A stretch of DNA of 63,931 nucleotides, counting the filler, from Octopus bimaculoides (Eukaryota): assembly GCF_001194135.2 (NCBI RefSeq). It is 7 parts of 7 records of this genome, joined end to end, with 100 filler letters (N's around TTAATTAATTAA, not from the genome) between each part and the next. Parts side by side here need not be neighbours in the genome. Positions count along the whole stretch, not along the records: positions 13,573 to 27,637 come from NC_068983.1; 6 more parts are not named here. One strand, 5' to 3'. This document shows, one piece after another, positions 13,473 through 26,342 of the stretch. Positions within the stretch are counted from its first letter, which is position 1, and each line of letters opens with the position of its first letter. The notes under the pieces were generated by a model, which was not told the origin of the DNA, ran no database searches, and saw only the letters and a program-made list of their open reading frames with translations. A program made the position numbers and the translations under genes.

Positions 13473-13572
13473 NNNNNNNNNNNNNNNNNNNNNNNNNNNN
13501 NNNNNNNNNNNNNNNNTTAATTAATTAANNNNNNNNNNNNNNNNNNNNNNNNNNNNNNNNNNNNNNNNNNNN
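13473..13572. other. Synthetic 100-bp assembly spacer; identical spacers at 27638-27737, 36171-36270, 45847-45946, 59878-59977 and 62485-62584
   Basis: Exactly 44 N + TTAATTAATTAA (stops in all six frames) + 44 N, six times. Confidence 0.95.
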
Positions 13573-14121
13573 ATAAATTCAAAAAGGGATAAAAATCTTG
13601 TATGTATGTATGTATGTATGTATGTATATACGTGTGTGTGTGTGTGTGTGTGTGTGTGGGCAGATTTTGCTTGAAGGAAATTTGGCTTCTATTTCTAGTA
13701 GGACCATCTAGAGGCTCCCTCCTTTTTTTCAACTCCTGAATTATCAATTTCACTTCCATTTTCCTTGGAATGTGACATTTTTTGCCTTTTCAATTCATCG
13801 TTAGTTGAGACTAAAATTTACTCATAATGATTTCTAAACACTGGCACAAGGCCACAAATGGAGTGGCAGGGAGGAAGACAAAATGTAATGAAATCCACAA
13901 GGATAAATGGCAAAATCAATTCTGGTGGAATTTAGGAATCTGAACATAAAATGGTGTAACCAAATATTGCAAGAAAGTTTATCAGAGGTTCAACCAATTT
14001 TGACGTTCCCCACCATCTGAAATTTGTAATGATGAAAATGGTGATGATGATAATAATGTTTTCTTTATATTCTAAGTTCAAATCCCTCTAAGTTCAATTT
14101 GCCTTCCAGCCTTTTGAGGTT

Positions 14122-14495
14122 CATCATCATCATCATCATCGTTTAATGTCCGTTGTCCATGCTGGCATGGGTTGGACAGTTTGACTGGACTGGCACACTG
14201 GAAGGCTGCAATAAACTCCTTTCTGATTTGGCATGGTTTTCTGTGGCTGAATGCCCTTCCTAATGCCAACCACTCTGAGAGTGTAATGGATGTTTTTACA
14301 TGCCACTGGCATGGGTACCATTTGTATGACATCGGGGTGCATTTATGAACCACCAGCATGGGTGCCAATTTGCATGACATCTGTATCTGCCACGACTGCG
14401 ATTTTGCTTGGCTTGATGGGCCTTCTTCTTGAGCACAACATGTCATTGCCTCCGTGAGGCCCAACACTCAAAAGGAACTCAGCCACTTTGCCTCT
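14122..14495 (-). mobile_element. RTE LINE 3' end (family R1)
   Basis: (CAT)n tail followed by CGTTTAATGTCC...CCATGCTGGCATGGGTTGGAC, the same 3' UTR as the ORF-bearing copies. Other tails lie at ~19575-19915(+), ~20725-20860(-), ~25690-25865(+), ~27110-27450(-) and ~36271-36603(+). Confidence 0.8.
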
Positions 14496-14769
14496 GTGAG
14501 GTTGATAAAATAGAGTATACATAAGATAGTGGGTCAATATAATCAACTTGCCCTTCCCCCCTACAATTATTAACCTTGTACCAAAATTAGAAAGAATTAT
14601 TATCCTTATTACTATTGCTGTTGTTTCAACTAACTGCTATTAGCAACTCGATAACAAGATTCAGAGTTTCCATTGGAAAAACATGCTATGTCACCTCAAT
14701 GGGTGTTTAAGCTCAAATATTGACCCATCTTGCTGAGGCTGAAGCATTTTAACCCTATACAGTGTACCT

Positions 14770-15830
14770 CAGGGACACGATCTGATAATAATGGGTGATT
14801 TTAATACCTGCTTTAGACAAGAAGCAGAGAGATGGCCTGGTGTTAATGACAAATATTAATGATGCAATTCAAATGAGGAACTTCTGACTTTGAACTCTGG
14901 GCACTGTTTCGTCATTACAAATACTATTTTCAAACAGAAGGACAAAGTGACTTTGATGTAATTACAGTTGAATCGCTGGCATCTCTTACACTATATAATA
15001 ATTCAGTAGAAAGAGAGAAGTGATATACGTTAGGCAGGTAACGAGAAGGACAAATTGTAGCAGAGAACATCTAATGTTTCAATTGAAGATAGCTTTCACA
15101 GTTGTCTTCAAACGGAACCAGACCTCTTCCAATCCCTTTAAAATGGTGACAGATCAGTTGACAAATAGGAATATAAGGGTCATTCTGGAAAGAGTCAATA
15201 TGGTTGAAGCTTTGGAAGAGCAGGAAACACAACAAAGCAAGCAATGTGAATGTAACATAATTCTGGTGTTTGTATTACATTGTTTGACACAGACTAAACC
15301 TGTGCTTTGTAAACTGAAAGTGTTGGTTGTAAGAAGGTCACCGTCAGATAAAAGGGCACCAGAATTGAATAGGGGGAGCTAGCAGTGGTATAAAAGAAAA
15401 AATGGAAACAGCCATATTTATTAGATATCTCCATCAGTTGATACTGAAATCATGGAAGGTTGATGAAACCAGAAAAAGAACGGATAAGATGCTAGCATCA
15501 ATCCCAGTATTCAAAAAGAAGAATAATTATGGGACTTATTGAGAGATTTCTCTTCATAGTATAATCAGTGAACCCCTTGCAAGATTATTGCAACCGATTA
15601 AATGAGAAAACCATAGTAGCCCTAACTGCAGTAACCCAATGTAGGGTCACAAGGATAAGCATGATGGATATGGTGCTCTACCTCCGACAAATCCAGGAAA
15701 TGAGTGGAACAAAACAAGGCATTGTATACAGTTTTTTTTTTTTTTGACACCATTGAAGGCATTGAATAAAATAAACCAACTGGTCTTGTGACAAATACTT
15801 CAAAAATTTGAGGTCTCAGAATGTGCACAC
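14770..15830 (+). mobile_element. Highly decayed RTE/BovB-like LINE (APE and RT N-terminal fragments)
   Basis: Fragments MGDFN...ITNTIFKQK (APE), IPVFKKK...Y*EISLHSIISEPLARLL and QCRVTRISMMDMVLYLRQIQE...KQGIVY (RT domains 1-3), with many stops and frameshifts. Confidence 0.7.
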
Positions 15831-17254
15831 TGTTTAATATATGACTTCATTAGCTTCTTTTTCATTCATTGAGAAAACAAAAGAGTCCCACATTGGAATT
15901 GATCTTAATTACAGCCCCAATTGGGTTCTGCCAACTCAAAACAGAAACCAACTTCGTTTTTGTATTTGTTTTGTAAGGTTCTTGATGTGAAATGAGTTGA
16001 GATAGAAATTATTGTATCACACTGCTGGTGGTTTTATTGGCAATACGTATAACCATCCCCGAAAAAACATCAGTTTCTTAAGTTTGTTTTGTGGCAGAGA
16101 GGGTGAGGTGGAGCGAGAACCAAGTGCATTAGTGACATAAATGAACAGCTGAGGAGGAGAGCTAAAGCTGGGAATCAAAACTGGATTGTGAAATCAGCTT
16201 GTTGGGATCTTAAATTTAATTCTCCATCAATCGTGTGTTGATTGAATAAGTGGTAAGTAAATATGAATGAAGTAATTAGCAAATATTTAAAAAATTGCTT
16301 GTGTGAAACAAAAAAGGGGACTAAAATCAATGCAACATGTATTTCTGAGCTGAAATAATGCTCTGCATCAAAGTGACTGTCAAAGTTGTTTTGCCAATGT
16401 CGTCAAACGTGTATTTACTGATGTATGAGCTTACATGGGAACAAATATGTGCAGAATATAAGAAAGAAAAGAACATCACACGGCTGCGTGTTGACACCTT
16501 TTAAAAAAACATAATGAAGTTATCGACATTTCTACAATCAATAACATTGTTTTTTATTATTATGGTTGATTGAATGGAATTTGTTATGACAGCAATATCT
16601 GATCTGATTTCACTCATAAACATTCTGTGATCGATGAGTGAATATAGACGTGCATATACACATGTATACATTCATACCTGCGTACATAAATGTGCACATG
16701 TATGCATACATATATATTGGCATACAAGCAATGCATATGCACATGCATGGGTACATTCATATATGCAAACGTATATGCATACATATATACATTTATACAA
16801 ACATATATATATTTATACAAACATACATACATACATCTATATAAACGTATGGAGCTGCATACATATTTATATGCATACATGCATGTTTACATACATGCAT
16901 GCATACATACATACATACAAACATACATACATGCATGCATGCATACACACACACACACACACACACATCAGGCATTGCAGCTTGTTGAATTTGTAATACC
17001 CTGACACAATTGCTATTTTATTTCCATTCAAAAACTACTAAATACTGGCACAGGCCACATAACTACACAAAGGTACCAATAGGTAGGAAGAAGAATAACT
17101 TTTTACTATTATACCAGTCTCTCTTTAAAAGTCAAACTTATGGTTTTCCAAAGGCTGTCCATCACCTTAACAAATCTGACCCTCAAAACTGTAAGAAATC
17201 ACTTGCACTTTAGGTAAATCATCATCTCCAAAGAGATATGGCTGTAGTAGTAAC

Positions 17255-17465
17255 TATTCTTTTCTACTCTAGGCACAAGGCCCGAAATTATGGGGGAGGG
17301 GGCCAGTTAATTAAATTGACCCCAGTACACAACTGGTATTTAATTTATCGACCCCAAAAGGATGAAAGGCAAAGTCAACCTTGGCGGAATTTGAACTCAG
17401 AACATAAAGACAGATGAAATACCGCTAAGTATTTTGCCTGGTGTGCTAAGGTTTCTACCTGTTTG
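17255..17465 (-). mobile_element. tRNA-derived SINE (family A)
   Basis: Reverse complement of the 4631-4861 element (ATCGACCCCAAAAGGATGAAAGGCAAAGTCAACC...GAATTTGAACTCAG). Confidence 0.8.
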
Positions 17466-17559
17466 CTGTGTTCGTAATTGTAAATATTATCAGGAAAGAA
17501 ACTCACTGCTCCATGTCTTATTTTCCATGTAGAATTGAGGACTGTTCATTTCATTAAAG

Positions 17560-18900
17560 TTCCACACCAGGCTCCAATCTGATCTGGCTTTCTACAGCTG
17601 GATGCTCTTCCTAGTGCCAACCACTCTGAGAGTGCAGTGGGTGCTTTTTATGTGCCACCAGCACGAGTGCCAGTCAGGTGGTACTGGTATCAGCTAAGCT
17701 CAGATGGTGCTTTATATGTGCCACTGGCACAGGAGCCACTCAGGTGGCTCTGGTAACCACCATGTCTGAATGGTGATATTTATGTGCCGCCATCATGGGA
17801 CCAGTTAAGAAGCACTGGCACCGACCACATTCATATGGTGCATTTTACGTGCCACTGGCATGGGAGCCAGTGCGGTGGGACTGGCATTGACCATGCTCAA
17901 AGGGTGTTTTTTATGTGCCACTAGCACAGGTGCCAGTCAGGCAGTACTGGCATTGGCCATGACAATGATTTCACTTGACTCAATAGCTCTTCTCAAGAAC
18001 AGTTTATTGCCCAATGATTGAAGGGTGCTCTTAAATGGGCCGGTTATGCAACACTTGCATAGGCCATGGTTACGGTCTCACTTGTCATTGCCTCCATGAG
18101 GCCCAACGTTCGAAAGTTGTGTTTCACCACCTCATCCCAGGTCTTCCTAGATCTACCTCTTCCACAGGTTCTGTCCACTGTTAGGGTGCAACACTTCTTC
18201 ACACAGCTGTCCTCATCCACATGCAACACATGACTGCACCAGCACAGTTGTCTTTCTTGCACACCACATCTGAGGCTTCTTATGTCCAAATTTTCTCTCA
18301 GAGCGCTTACGCTTTGTTGAGTTTGCACACTGACATTACACATCCAGCGGAGCATACTGGCTTCATTTCTTTCAAGCCTACACATGTCCTCAGCAGTCAT
18401 GGCCCATGTTTCACTGCCATGTAGTATGGCTGTTTGCACACATGCATCAAACAGTCTACTTTTTACTCTGAGTGAGAGGCCCTTTGTTACCAGCAGAGGT
18501 AAGAGTTCTCTGAACTTTGCCCAGGCTATTCTTATTCTAGCAGCTACTCTCTCAGAGTATCCATTCCACCTGACTTGGTTACCGAGGTAACAGAAGCTAT
18601 CAACTACTTCTAGTTTTTCCCCCTGGCATGTGACAGAGGCTGTTTTCTGCACATTTTCAGTATTTATTGCCCCTATGCATTTGCCACACACAAAAACTAT
18701 CTTCCCAGTTAGCCTTCCTTTGATACTGCTGCACCTCTTATGTGTCCACAGCTTAAACCGGGTACATTGTACGGAGCTTCTACCACACCTTTTCTATAGA
18801 TCGATTAGGGCCATCTACCTGAAGAGATCTGTGATTTGTTTGCCTTCCTACTTACTAAGACTTTGGTTTTTGCTAGGTTGAGGCCCTTCTAGTCTAGAAG
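17560..18900 (-). mobile_element. 5'-truncated RTE LINE (family R1)
   Basis: ORF 18044-18691 has VVDSFCYLG, KFRELLPLL, AILHGSETW and GRGRSRKTWDEVVKH. The 3' UTR has five ~66-bp tandem units at 17641-17965. Confidence 0.95.
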
Positions 18901-21599
18901 TGAAAATGTGCAATATTATTGACGTTTATTCTCTGTTGGTCAGTATTGACCATGTACCTACACATGTATGTACCAGCTTAGACAAGATGTTATTGTTTTG
19001 TTAGCAAGACTACCAGCTGCCTTGCATGCAAGCATGCATACACCCTCCATGCTACAAGGGAGGGACTGCTGACTTGAGCTGATACAGATTGTTACCAATG
19101 TCATCACAAGCAAAAAAACCTCAACAGATACCACCAGACATCATAGTTCCAACAATCCTTAGCTCTGAATCACTACTTTTATTTATGGACTCTAAAAGGA
19201 TGAATGACCTTGGTGAGATTTGAACTCAGAGCACAGAAGTTTGGAACATATACTGCAAGGCATTTTATCCCATTCTTTAACAATTTTGCCAATTTGATGC
19301 CTTCGATAGCATTTATAATATGAACAATTTCATTGTAATCTTTTCATGCTGTGAATATGCTTTAGTGGATATGGTTTCATTTGCCTATAAACTTGGGAGA
19401 CTGAAAAGAGTGGGGCAGCCCCATGGTTTTGTGTTTATGGTTCACTAATTGGCAGAAAGATTGTTATTTTCAGTCATAAATACAAACTATATGGCTGGCC
19501 ACTTTTGCATCTTAAAAAGGTTGAGTCAAGTGAAATTATGCCTCCTAAAGTGTACTCGCAGGTTCAAAGGGTTAAGCAATGGCACCCATACTGGTGCCAT
19601 GCAAAAAGGCACTCGTGTCAGTATCACATAAGAAGCACCCGTACCAGTGCTCTGTAAAAGGCACATGTGCCAGTGTCACATACAAAGTACCCATGTTAGT
19701 GTCATGTAAAAAACCCTCATACCAGTGCAATGTAGACAGGAACCTGGTACACTCGGTAAAATAGTGTTAGGAAGGGCATCTAGCCATAAAGACCATGCCA
19801 TAACAGACAACTGGAACCAAGTACAGCCACTGACCTTGCCAGCACCTGTCCAACCATCCGACCCATGCCAGCACGGAAGACAGATGTTGAATGAGGATGA
19901 TGATGATGATGACTACATACACTGAGGGCCTAAACAGCAAATCCATTATACCCACTAATGTTGGTTTCTTGGATAAAGAGTCACACATATATTAGTGAAG
20001 GGTGAAATAAGTGTGACATTTCTGTCTCTGTGAGGCTGTTAGCAATGTAAATGAGATATGCAACAATTGAGATGTCGCAAGCAGATAATTTCTGGATCTA
20101 CTGAAATGAAAGATAGTCCATACTTATTACAGAATTGTTATGTAATTACACAACTGTGACAAGTTGGAGAAGGACCCAAAAGTTTGATTTGTGGGAGACA
20201 TTTTGTTTACATTGGAAATATCACACCCAGTCCTTGAAGTAGTCTGCCACAGTGTGGAAGGAAGAATGTGAAGGGTGCAAGGTGCATGCAAATGAAATTT
20301 GTTAGTGCACATGAGTGCATGCATGTGTAAGAGAGAGAGGGGGGAAGAGGGGAGAGAGAGGGAAGAGAGAGAGGGAGAGGGAGAGAGAGAGAAGTAAGTT
20401 TCAACAAAATTACTTTGTAGTTGTTGGCAGAAGGAAATTCCTGAAAGTCATAGAAAACATTTTATTTACAGGTTTGGGGAATATATACTTGTGTTAAAGA
20501 CAAATTAGGTCACTGAAAGTAGAATTGGATGGGCATTTCTGGATTCACCTCTATCTAACCTAAGATGATGGCCAATTTGACAGGTGAAACAATTTGATTC
20601 TAAGTGCACAATCTAAAGAGAAAGGAAATTAATGTGAGGACTAAAAACAAGTGAAATAGCAATAGCGAAGAAACTAAAACCAGTTTGCAATTTGATGGTA
20701 TTTGCTCCAAATTGGTCAATATAGATCATCATCATCATCGTCAACATTTTTTAATGTCCTTCTTCATGCCAGCATAAATTGGACACTTTGACAGGAACTG
20801 GCATGTCAGAGGACTGCACCAAGCTCTACTGTCTGCTTTGGCATGGTTTCTATATAATGGTCAGGTGATGGGGTGGACATGTGTTGTGGCAGTGTGTTGC
20901 TGCATTTGCCATTTGTTGGTATATTCCCAAGTCCTCCCAGTCAACCCATGGTCATGGCAGATGAGGAGGTGTCTTGCAGAAATGAGGACTACTCAACAGG
21001 TTTTTATATAACCACAAGTAAATAATTAAATGTCTGTATTTTGGGGGCTTTTGAATTCTAACATAATAGTGAAGTGGTTTCATATTTGACAAGCAGTCAG
21101 AAAAATCTGACTCTAAAATGATAAAAAAAAAACTAATTAATATATATTCAATAGTTCAACGGAAGTTGTAGATTGGTTCAGAGCAGACAGAGAGAGAGGT
21201 TTTAAGTGGAAATTATGCATGCTTCAGTGGATAGGTAGTGTCCCACCAGAATGACTTTAAGAAGGAAGGGAATGAAGATCACCCAAACACACACAGAACA
21301 TAAATTTAATTAAATGCTTTGTAGTTGTAGTATTGCTTGGCTGCTGATACCCAGTTTTGTTCAGTTTAATAGGTGTGTTTGGGGTATTGTTGTTAGCCAT
21401 TCATTGCTTGGGTACACAGGGTATATTTTCCACAAGTAATCTGATATTTTTAGACGCATTAGCATGAGTATGTGTGTGTGAGTGTATGCACGCACGCATA
21501 TGTGTTGTTCTTGAGCAAACAGTGAAGAAGACCACACTTCATTAAAGGCCTATATAACATTACAAACTTAGCATGTATATTCCTTTAGATTATAAATAC

Positions 21600-21692
<93 letters not shown>

Positions 21693-22044
21693 TTTAGGTC
21701 AGTTCCAAAATGCATTTCTTGCTCTTTGGCAATCATCAGCATTATGTATTGCAATTGAGATAACCCTGAAATAACTTCAGAAACATTTGTTTCTTTAAAG
21801 TGAATCATCATCATCAAGACATGAGCTGGTCATGTTTTGATGTTTTGTCCTGGCGAAATAAAAGATTGTAGTTGACTGATTGTCAAGGAGCAAGAAAAAC
21901 ATTCTCATTCTGCCAAGAGAAGATGACTTGAAATGACTTGTGTCTTTCAACACCTTTTGGCTAAAGCCAGAAATGTTCTCCACAGCAAATTTACCAATGA
22001 ATATGGTCTTTCTACCTATTTCAACACTATTTTCATACATCCTA

Positions 22045-22217
22045 GGTGCAGGAGTGGCCATGTGGTAAGTAGCTTTCTTACCAACCACATGGTTTTGGGT
22101 TCAGTCCCACTGCGTGGCATCTTGGGCAAGTGTCTTCTATTATAGCCTGGGGCTGACCAAAGCCTTGTGGGTGGATTTGGGAGATGGAAACTGAAAGAAG
22201 CTTGTCATGTATATATA
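22045..22217 (+). mobile_element. SINE family B, 5' half
   Basis: GGTGCAGGAGTGGCCATGTGGTAAGTAGC...GGGTTCAGTCCCACTGCGTGGCATCTTGGGCAAGTG, ending in (TA)n and a gap. Confidence 0.85.
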
Positions 22218-23274
22218 NNNNNNNNNNNNNNNNNNNNNNNNNNNNNNNNNNNNNNNNNNNNNNNNNNNNNNNNNNNNNNNNNNNNNNNNNNNNNNNNNNN
22301 NNNNNNNNNNNNNNNNNNNNNNNNNNNNNNNNNNNNNNNNNNNNNNNNNNNNNNNNNNNNNNNNNNNNNNNNNNNNNNNNNNNNNNNNNNNNNNNNNNNN
22401 NNNNNNNNNNNNNNNNNNNNNNNNNNNNNNNNNNNNNNNNNNNNNNNNNNNNNNNNNNNNNNNNNNNNNNNNNNNNNNNNNNNNNNNNNNNNNNNNNNNN
22501 NNNNNNNNNNNNNNNNNNNNNNNNNNNNNNNNNNNNNNNNNNNNNNNNNNNNNNNNNNNNNNNNNNNNNNNNNNNNNNNNNNNNNNNNNNNNNNNNNNNN
22601 NNNNNNNNNNNNNNNNNNNNNNNNNNNNNNNNNNNNNNNNNNNNNNNNNNNNNNNNNNNNNNNNNNNNNNNNNNNNNNNNNNNNNNNNNNNNNNNNNNNN
22701 NNNNNNNNNNNNNNNNNNNNNNNNNNNNNNNNNNNNNNNNNNNNNNNNNNNNNNNNNNNNNNNNNNNNNNNNNNNNNNNNNNNNNNNNNNNNNNNNNNNN
22801 NNNNNNNNNNNNNNNNNNNNNNNNNNNNNNNNNNNNNNNNNNNNNNNNNNNNNNNNNNNNNNNNNNNNNNNNNNNNNNNNNNNNNNNNNNNNNNNNNNNN
22901 NNNNNNNNNNNNNNNNNNNNNNNNNNNNNNNNNNNNNNNNNNNNNNNNNNNNNNNNNNNNNNNNNNNNNNNNNNNNNNNNNNNNNNNNNNNNNNNNNNNN
23001 NNNNNNNNNNNNNNNNNNNNNNNNNNNNNNNNNNNTGATCACTGAAAGTTTTTTTGCTTTCTTTCTCTCTTCCCCTCTTTTTTCCTTCTCCTCTTTTTTC
23101 CTCTTTCTTTCTTTTTCTCCTCTTTGAGTTATATTTAGAATACAAAATGGACTGTCTCCCTTTTTCTTTCAAACATTCAATTTTGGAGAGAATTTTTTGA
23201 TGAAATGTAGTTCTGCATGAAAAAACATTAGTATAATATTTAAAAATTAAAAATTAAAAAAAACATAAATAAAT

Positions 23275-23690
23275 AAGTCCACAAGATTTCTATTGGGTTT
23301 AAGTCAGGGGAACAAGCAGGCCACTTCAACTTCCAAGGTCCACAGAAGCCTAATCGTTGTAGTTACACTGCAGTTTTCTTCACTGAGCGTGAGGACGCAT
23401 TATCTTGCATGGCGATCCTTTGCTTTTTTTTATCAATGTTCAATGTGCTCTCTCAGAAAGGCTATGTAAGCATCTACAGTCATTTTAACATCGTCAGTCA
23501 CTTTCCAAAGACCAACCACAATCCCTCCAATAACACCTGATCAGATCATGATGCCACTTGTCAGCATCTCAAGCATTGATGGCGATCAATCCCTTGCTCC
23601 AACCATCAGATCCATGAAAACTTTTGAAAAGTCAACCATCATGTTATCTCCTGCCTCTTTCAGACAATTTTGTATGTTTATTTTGTTTGA
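23275..23690 (-). pseudogene. Tc1-like DD37E (TRT-type) transposase remnant
   Basis: Minus frames read GIMI*SGVIGGIVVGLWKVTDDVKMTVDAYIAFLREH and MQDNASSRSVKKTAV*LQRLGFCGPWKLKWPACSPDLNPIEIL. There are exactly 37 residues between the D of QDN and the E of PIE. Confidence 0.85.
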
Positions 23691-23694
23691 AGGA

Positions 23695-24480
23695 GGCCTT
23701 TTACCACAAACCAAATGAGAAGCTGACATACATATCAACACAGCCTCCTGCCATCCACCCATTGTGTTCAAAAACCTGATGAAGGGTGTTAGCAAGAGGA
23801 TCACAAACCTTTCCTCTAGCCAAGAAATTCTTGATGCAGCAGTCCCCTACTATAATGAAGCACTAGCTGCTAGCGGATTTAGGGACTGCATCTTCTATAT
23901 GCTGGGCCCTAACACCCACAGAAGGAAGTGCCACAGAAATACCATTTGGTTGGCACCCAGCTTCTCCCTCAATGTAAAAATGTGTGTATGTAGGATATTC
24001 TTTAGGCTTGTAGAGAACCACTTCACACATTCGAGATACTGGTAAGATGTACTGCATCATTAGCCAGCAATGTATGGTGGCTGAAGGAGAAAGGAATTCC
24101 GTAATATCATGGAGAATCTTAGAAAATCCACACCTCTACATAAATGGGACCAAGTACTGTAAACTATGCACAGCCGAAAGACTCCCTTGAACTAGGGAAC
24201 ATCCTTAACTCCAGAATGGAAGTCTTTGGATCCTGTTCACGCTTCAGGAAATTCCTGCTGGTATCCTGGGACCCACATGATAACAGTTGATTACGAATAA
24301 CAGCCAAAGGAAGACAATCCCCTGTTGTTGACATAGAGTAATGAAGTCTTTTCCTCCTCCATTTTTTAGTGAAACCACTTGCTACAGAAGCTATGACCCA
24401 ACAGGTTTTGGGGTCTGATGATACTCTGTAAAGCTAAGCACTTTATGGACGTGAAACCCAGGGTAATCTCATAGACCGGC
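23695..24480 (+). mobile_element. Penelope-like retroelement 3' fragment (RT thumb, endonuclease C-terminus, 3' terminal region)
   Basis: YHKPNEKLTY..CHPPIVFKNLMKGVSKRITNLSSSQEILDAAVPYYNEALAASGF; RNTIWLAPSFSLNVK; WWLKEKGI; ISWRILE..YINGTKYCKLCTAER; ILNSRMEVFGSCSRFRKFLL. These motifs are typical of PLE ORFs (Naiad/Neptune-like). Confidence 0.85.
24410..24470 (+). ncRNA. Type I hammerhead ribozyme motif in the PLE 3' region
   Basis: GGGGT-CTGATGA(24415-21)-T-[ACTCTGTAAAG/CTTTATGGACGT]-GAAA-CCC-A-GGG-TA(cleavage after 24465)-ATCTC. Confidence 0.65.
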
Positions 24481-26231
24481 CTTATCTATCTTTGTGTGTG
24501 TGTGTGTGTGTGTGCGGTGTGTGGTTCAGGGTTTGTAAAACTGTGTATACATAAATAATGTCAATCAAATTCCAATGTAGTTCTGTAGTGTAGGCTTTGA
24601 AATTCCTCTCTCCCATTTATTATATATATGTGTATTTGAACGTAGCACGTAACAGCTAGCCTTTGGCTGCTATTTGGATCCTGTTGTGTCCACTACTCTG
24701 ATTGGTTGGTATAGGTGCAATTTGTCTCTTACTTGATTGCACCAACTGCCATATGTATAACTAGTCGGGAGCCCTAAATAGGATCACATGGGACAGTCTG
24801 TTTACCACCCTGTTTTGAGCCTACAGTTCCTTATAAAACTCAGCTTTTCCTTGCTCTGGCGTCTTTTGTTCCAGACCTTTTAAGGTCTAGCCACTGACCA
24901 CAAAGACACAACCAGTTCCAGCAACACTGCCAGACAACACCACCACAGCAGATATGTTGATACCTACCAACTTCGTCCAACAGCATTATGGCAACCTCCT
25001 ACTTTGTCACTGCCATCGTGTTCTTACTGTCGTCAACATCATCTCTCTACGTACATAGCTGAGCTAGCAATTCACCCAGGTTCCAATACTTCACTGTTCA
25101 TGAATTATCTCACCACGGATCAACAGCGAATATACAACCTGTATGAACTCCTGTATCAAGTGACCCAGGCAGCAGCATCAGCATCAGCATCACAACCACG
25201 ACTTCACATCCCTGTAATCAGCTCAGCATCATGGCCACAACTTCTTGATACAGTATTTCAATTACTGTGTACTATTGACTACGAACTGCTATCATCTTTC
25301 TTGTGTCTATGAACTTACTTCTCACTTCGATGATTATAGATTCTTTCACTGTCTCCTTCTTCATTGCAATCCTTAAATGTTCTTAACACACGCATACATC
25401 TATACTTACACACACACACATTTTGTTTTCATGACGGCCTGGCTGAGATTCTCTATACCTGATGCACATGTTAACATATCAATAAATCTTTTCTTAATCA
25501 TTTTACGCGCTTGTGTCTCTTTTTACATCTGGCAAGTAAATGGTTCCTTCAATTTTCTCTTTATTCTTAGGGCTGTGTGATGTGGTACTAAAGAGCCATT
25601 CTTGCACCTCATATCACACGATCCTTACAGTGTGATTTTTACTTTTAATTTTTGTATTTTTACTGTTTTACAACATTACAATATCTTAGCAACAGAACTT
25701 GCTAAAACCAAGGTGCCACGTCAAAAAGCATCCAGTACACTCTGTCAGGTGGTGGATGTTAGGATATGGACCCAGCTATAGAAACCATGCCAAAGCAGAC
25801 ACTGGAGCATGGTACAGGTCCTGGCCTTCTTGGCTCTTGTCAAACTGTCCAACCCATGCCAGTATGTGTGTGTGTAAGTATGTATGAGTGTATGAGACAG
25901 GCAGACAAGCCATACAGGCAGAGACGAGGTTAAAACATATAAAAGAATAGAGATAGATAGATAAGGATATCAATAACCCTTTTTTTTTTCCAAACACCAG
26001 CCACTGGTACATTGCTCAACCAACGTATCAGCTTTCTTTAGCTTTCTTTATTTTGTTTGCTCTATCTTGTCCACACCATCATGTTAAATACAATCTTTGT
26101 CCTTAGGTATACATTCCTTAGGAACTCTAACTTCCACTTACACACATCTTCTTAGTAAACGTTGACATGTGACAATTCAAAACCAAACATTAACTCTGCT
26201 AACATCTTCCCCTAATACTCTTACTTCTCAG

Positions 26232-26342
26232 AAGAGCCCCATGGTGCCATTAGTCCTGCCCTTCAACCTCGAATTAACAAATAAAAGATCATTTATTGAC
26301 TACGTGATTAGCCAGCGTCGTCGGTATAGACTTACCAACTGA
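26232..26342 (+). CDS. Candidate terminal coding exon of an unidentified gene (KSPMVPLVLPFNLELTNKRSFIDYVISQRRRYRLTN*)
   Basis: CTAAT branch-like motif and a pyrimidine-rich acceptor (CTCTTACTTCTCAG). 36 open codons. CpGs are retained in an otherwise CpG-poor segment. AATAAA lies near 26530. No protein family recognised. Confidence 0.3.
   Translation, partial: KSPMVPLVLPFNLELTNKRSFIDYVISQRRRYRLTN

Noticed and set aside
13517-13528. Recurrent TTAATTAATTAA motif
   Set aside because: It is always centred in a 100-bp N block, so it is an assembly spacer, not a biological site.
16108-16251. Possible exon ending at a strong GTAAGT donor
   Set aside because: All three frames are closed; it could be UTR but there is no support.
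19560-19575. piggyBac-like single ends (AAAGGG|TTAA at ~19570; TTAA|CCCTTT at ~38463)
   Set aside because: The partner ends could not be located within the same segment.
24290-24400. Search for a SECIS downstream of the PLE ORF
   Set aside because: No convincing AUGA...AA...UGA kink-turn hairpin is seen.
24585-25630. LTR-like block (CCAAT, TATAAAA, ends ...TTACA) with a 102-aa ORF at 25004-25312
   Set aside because: No TSD, no second copy and no gag/pol similarity could be established.
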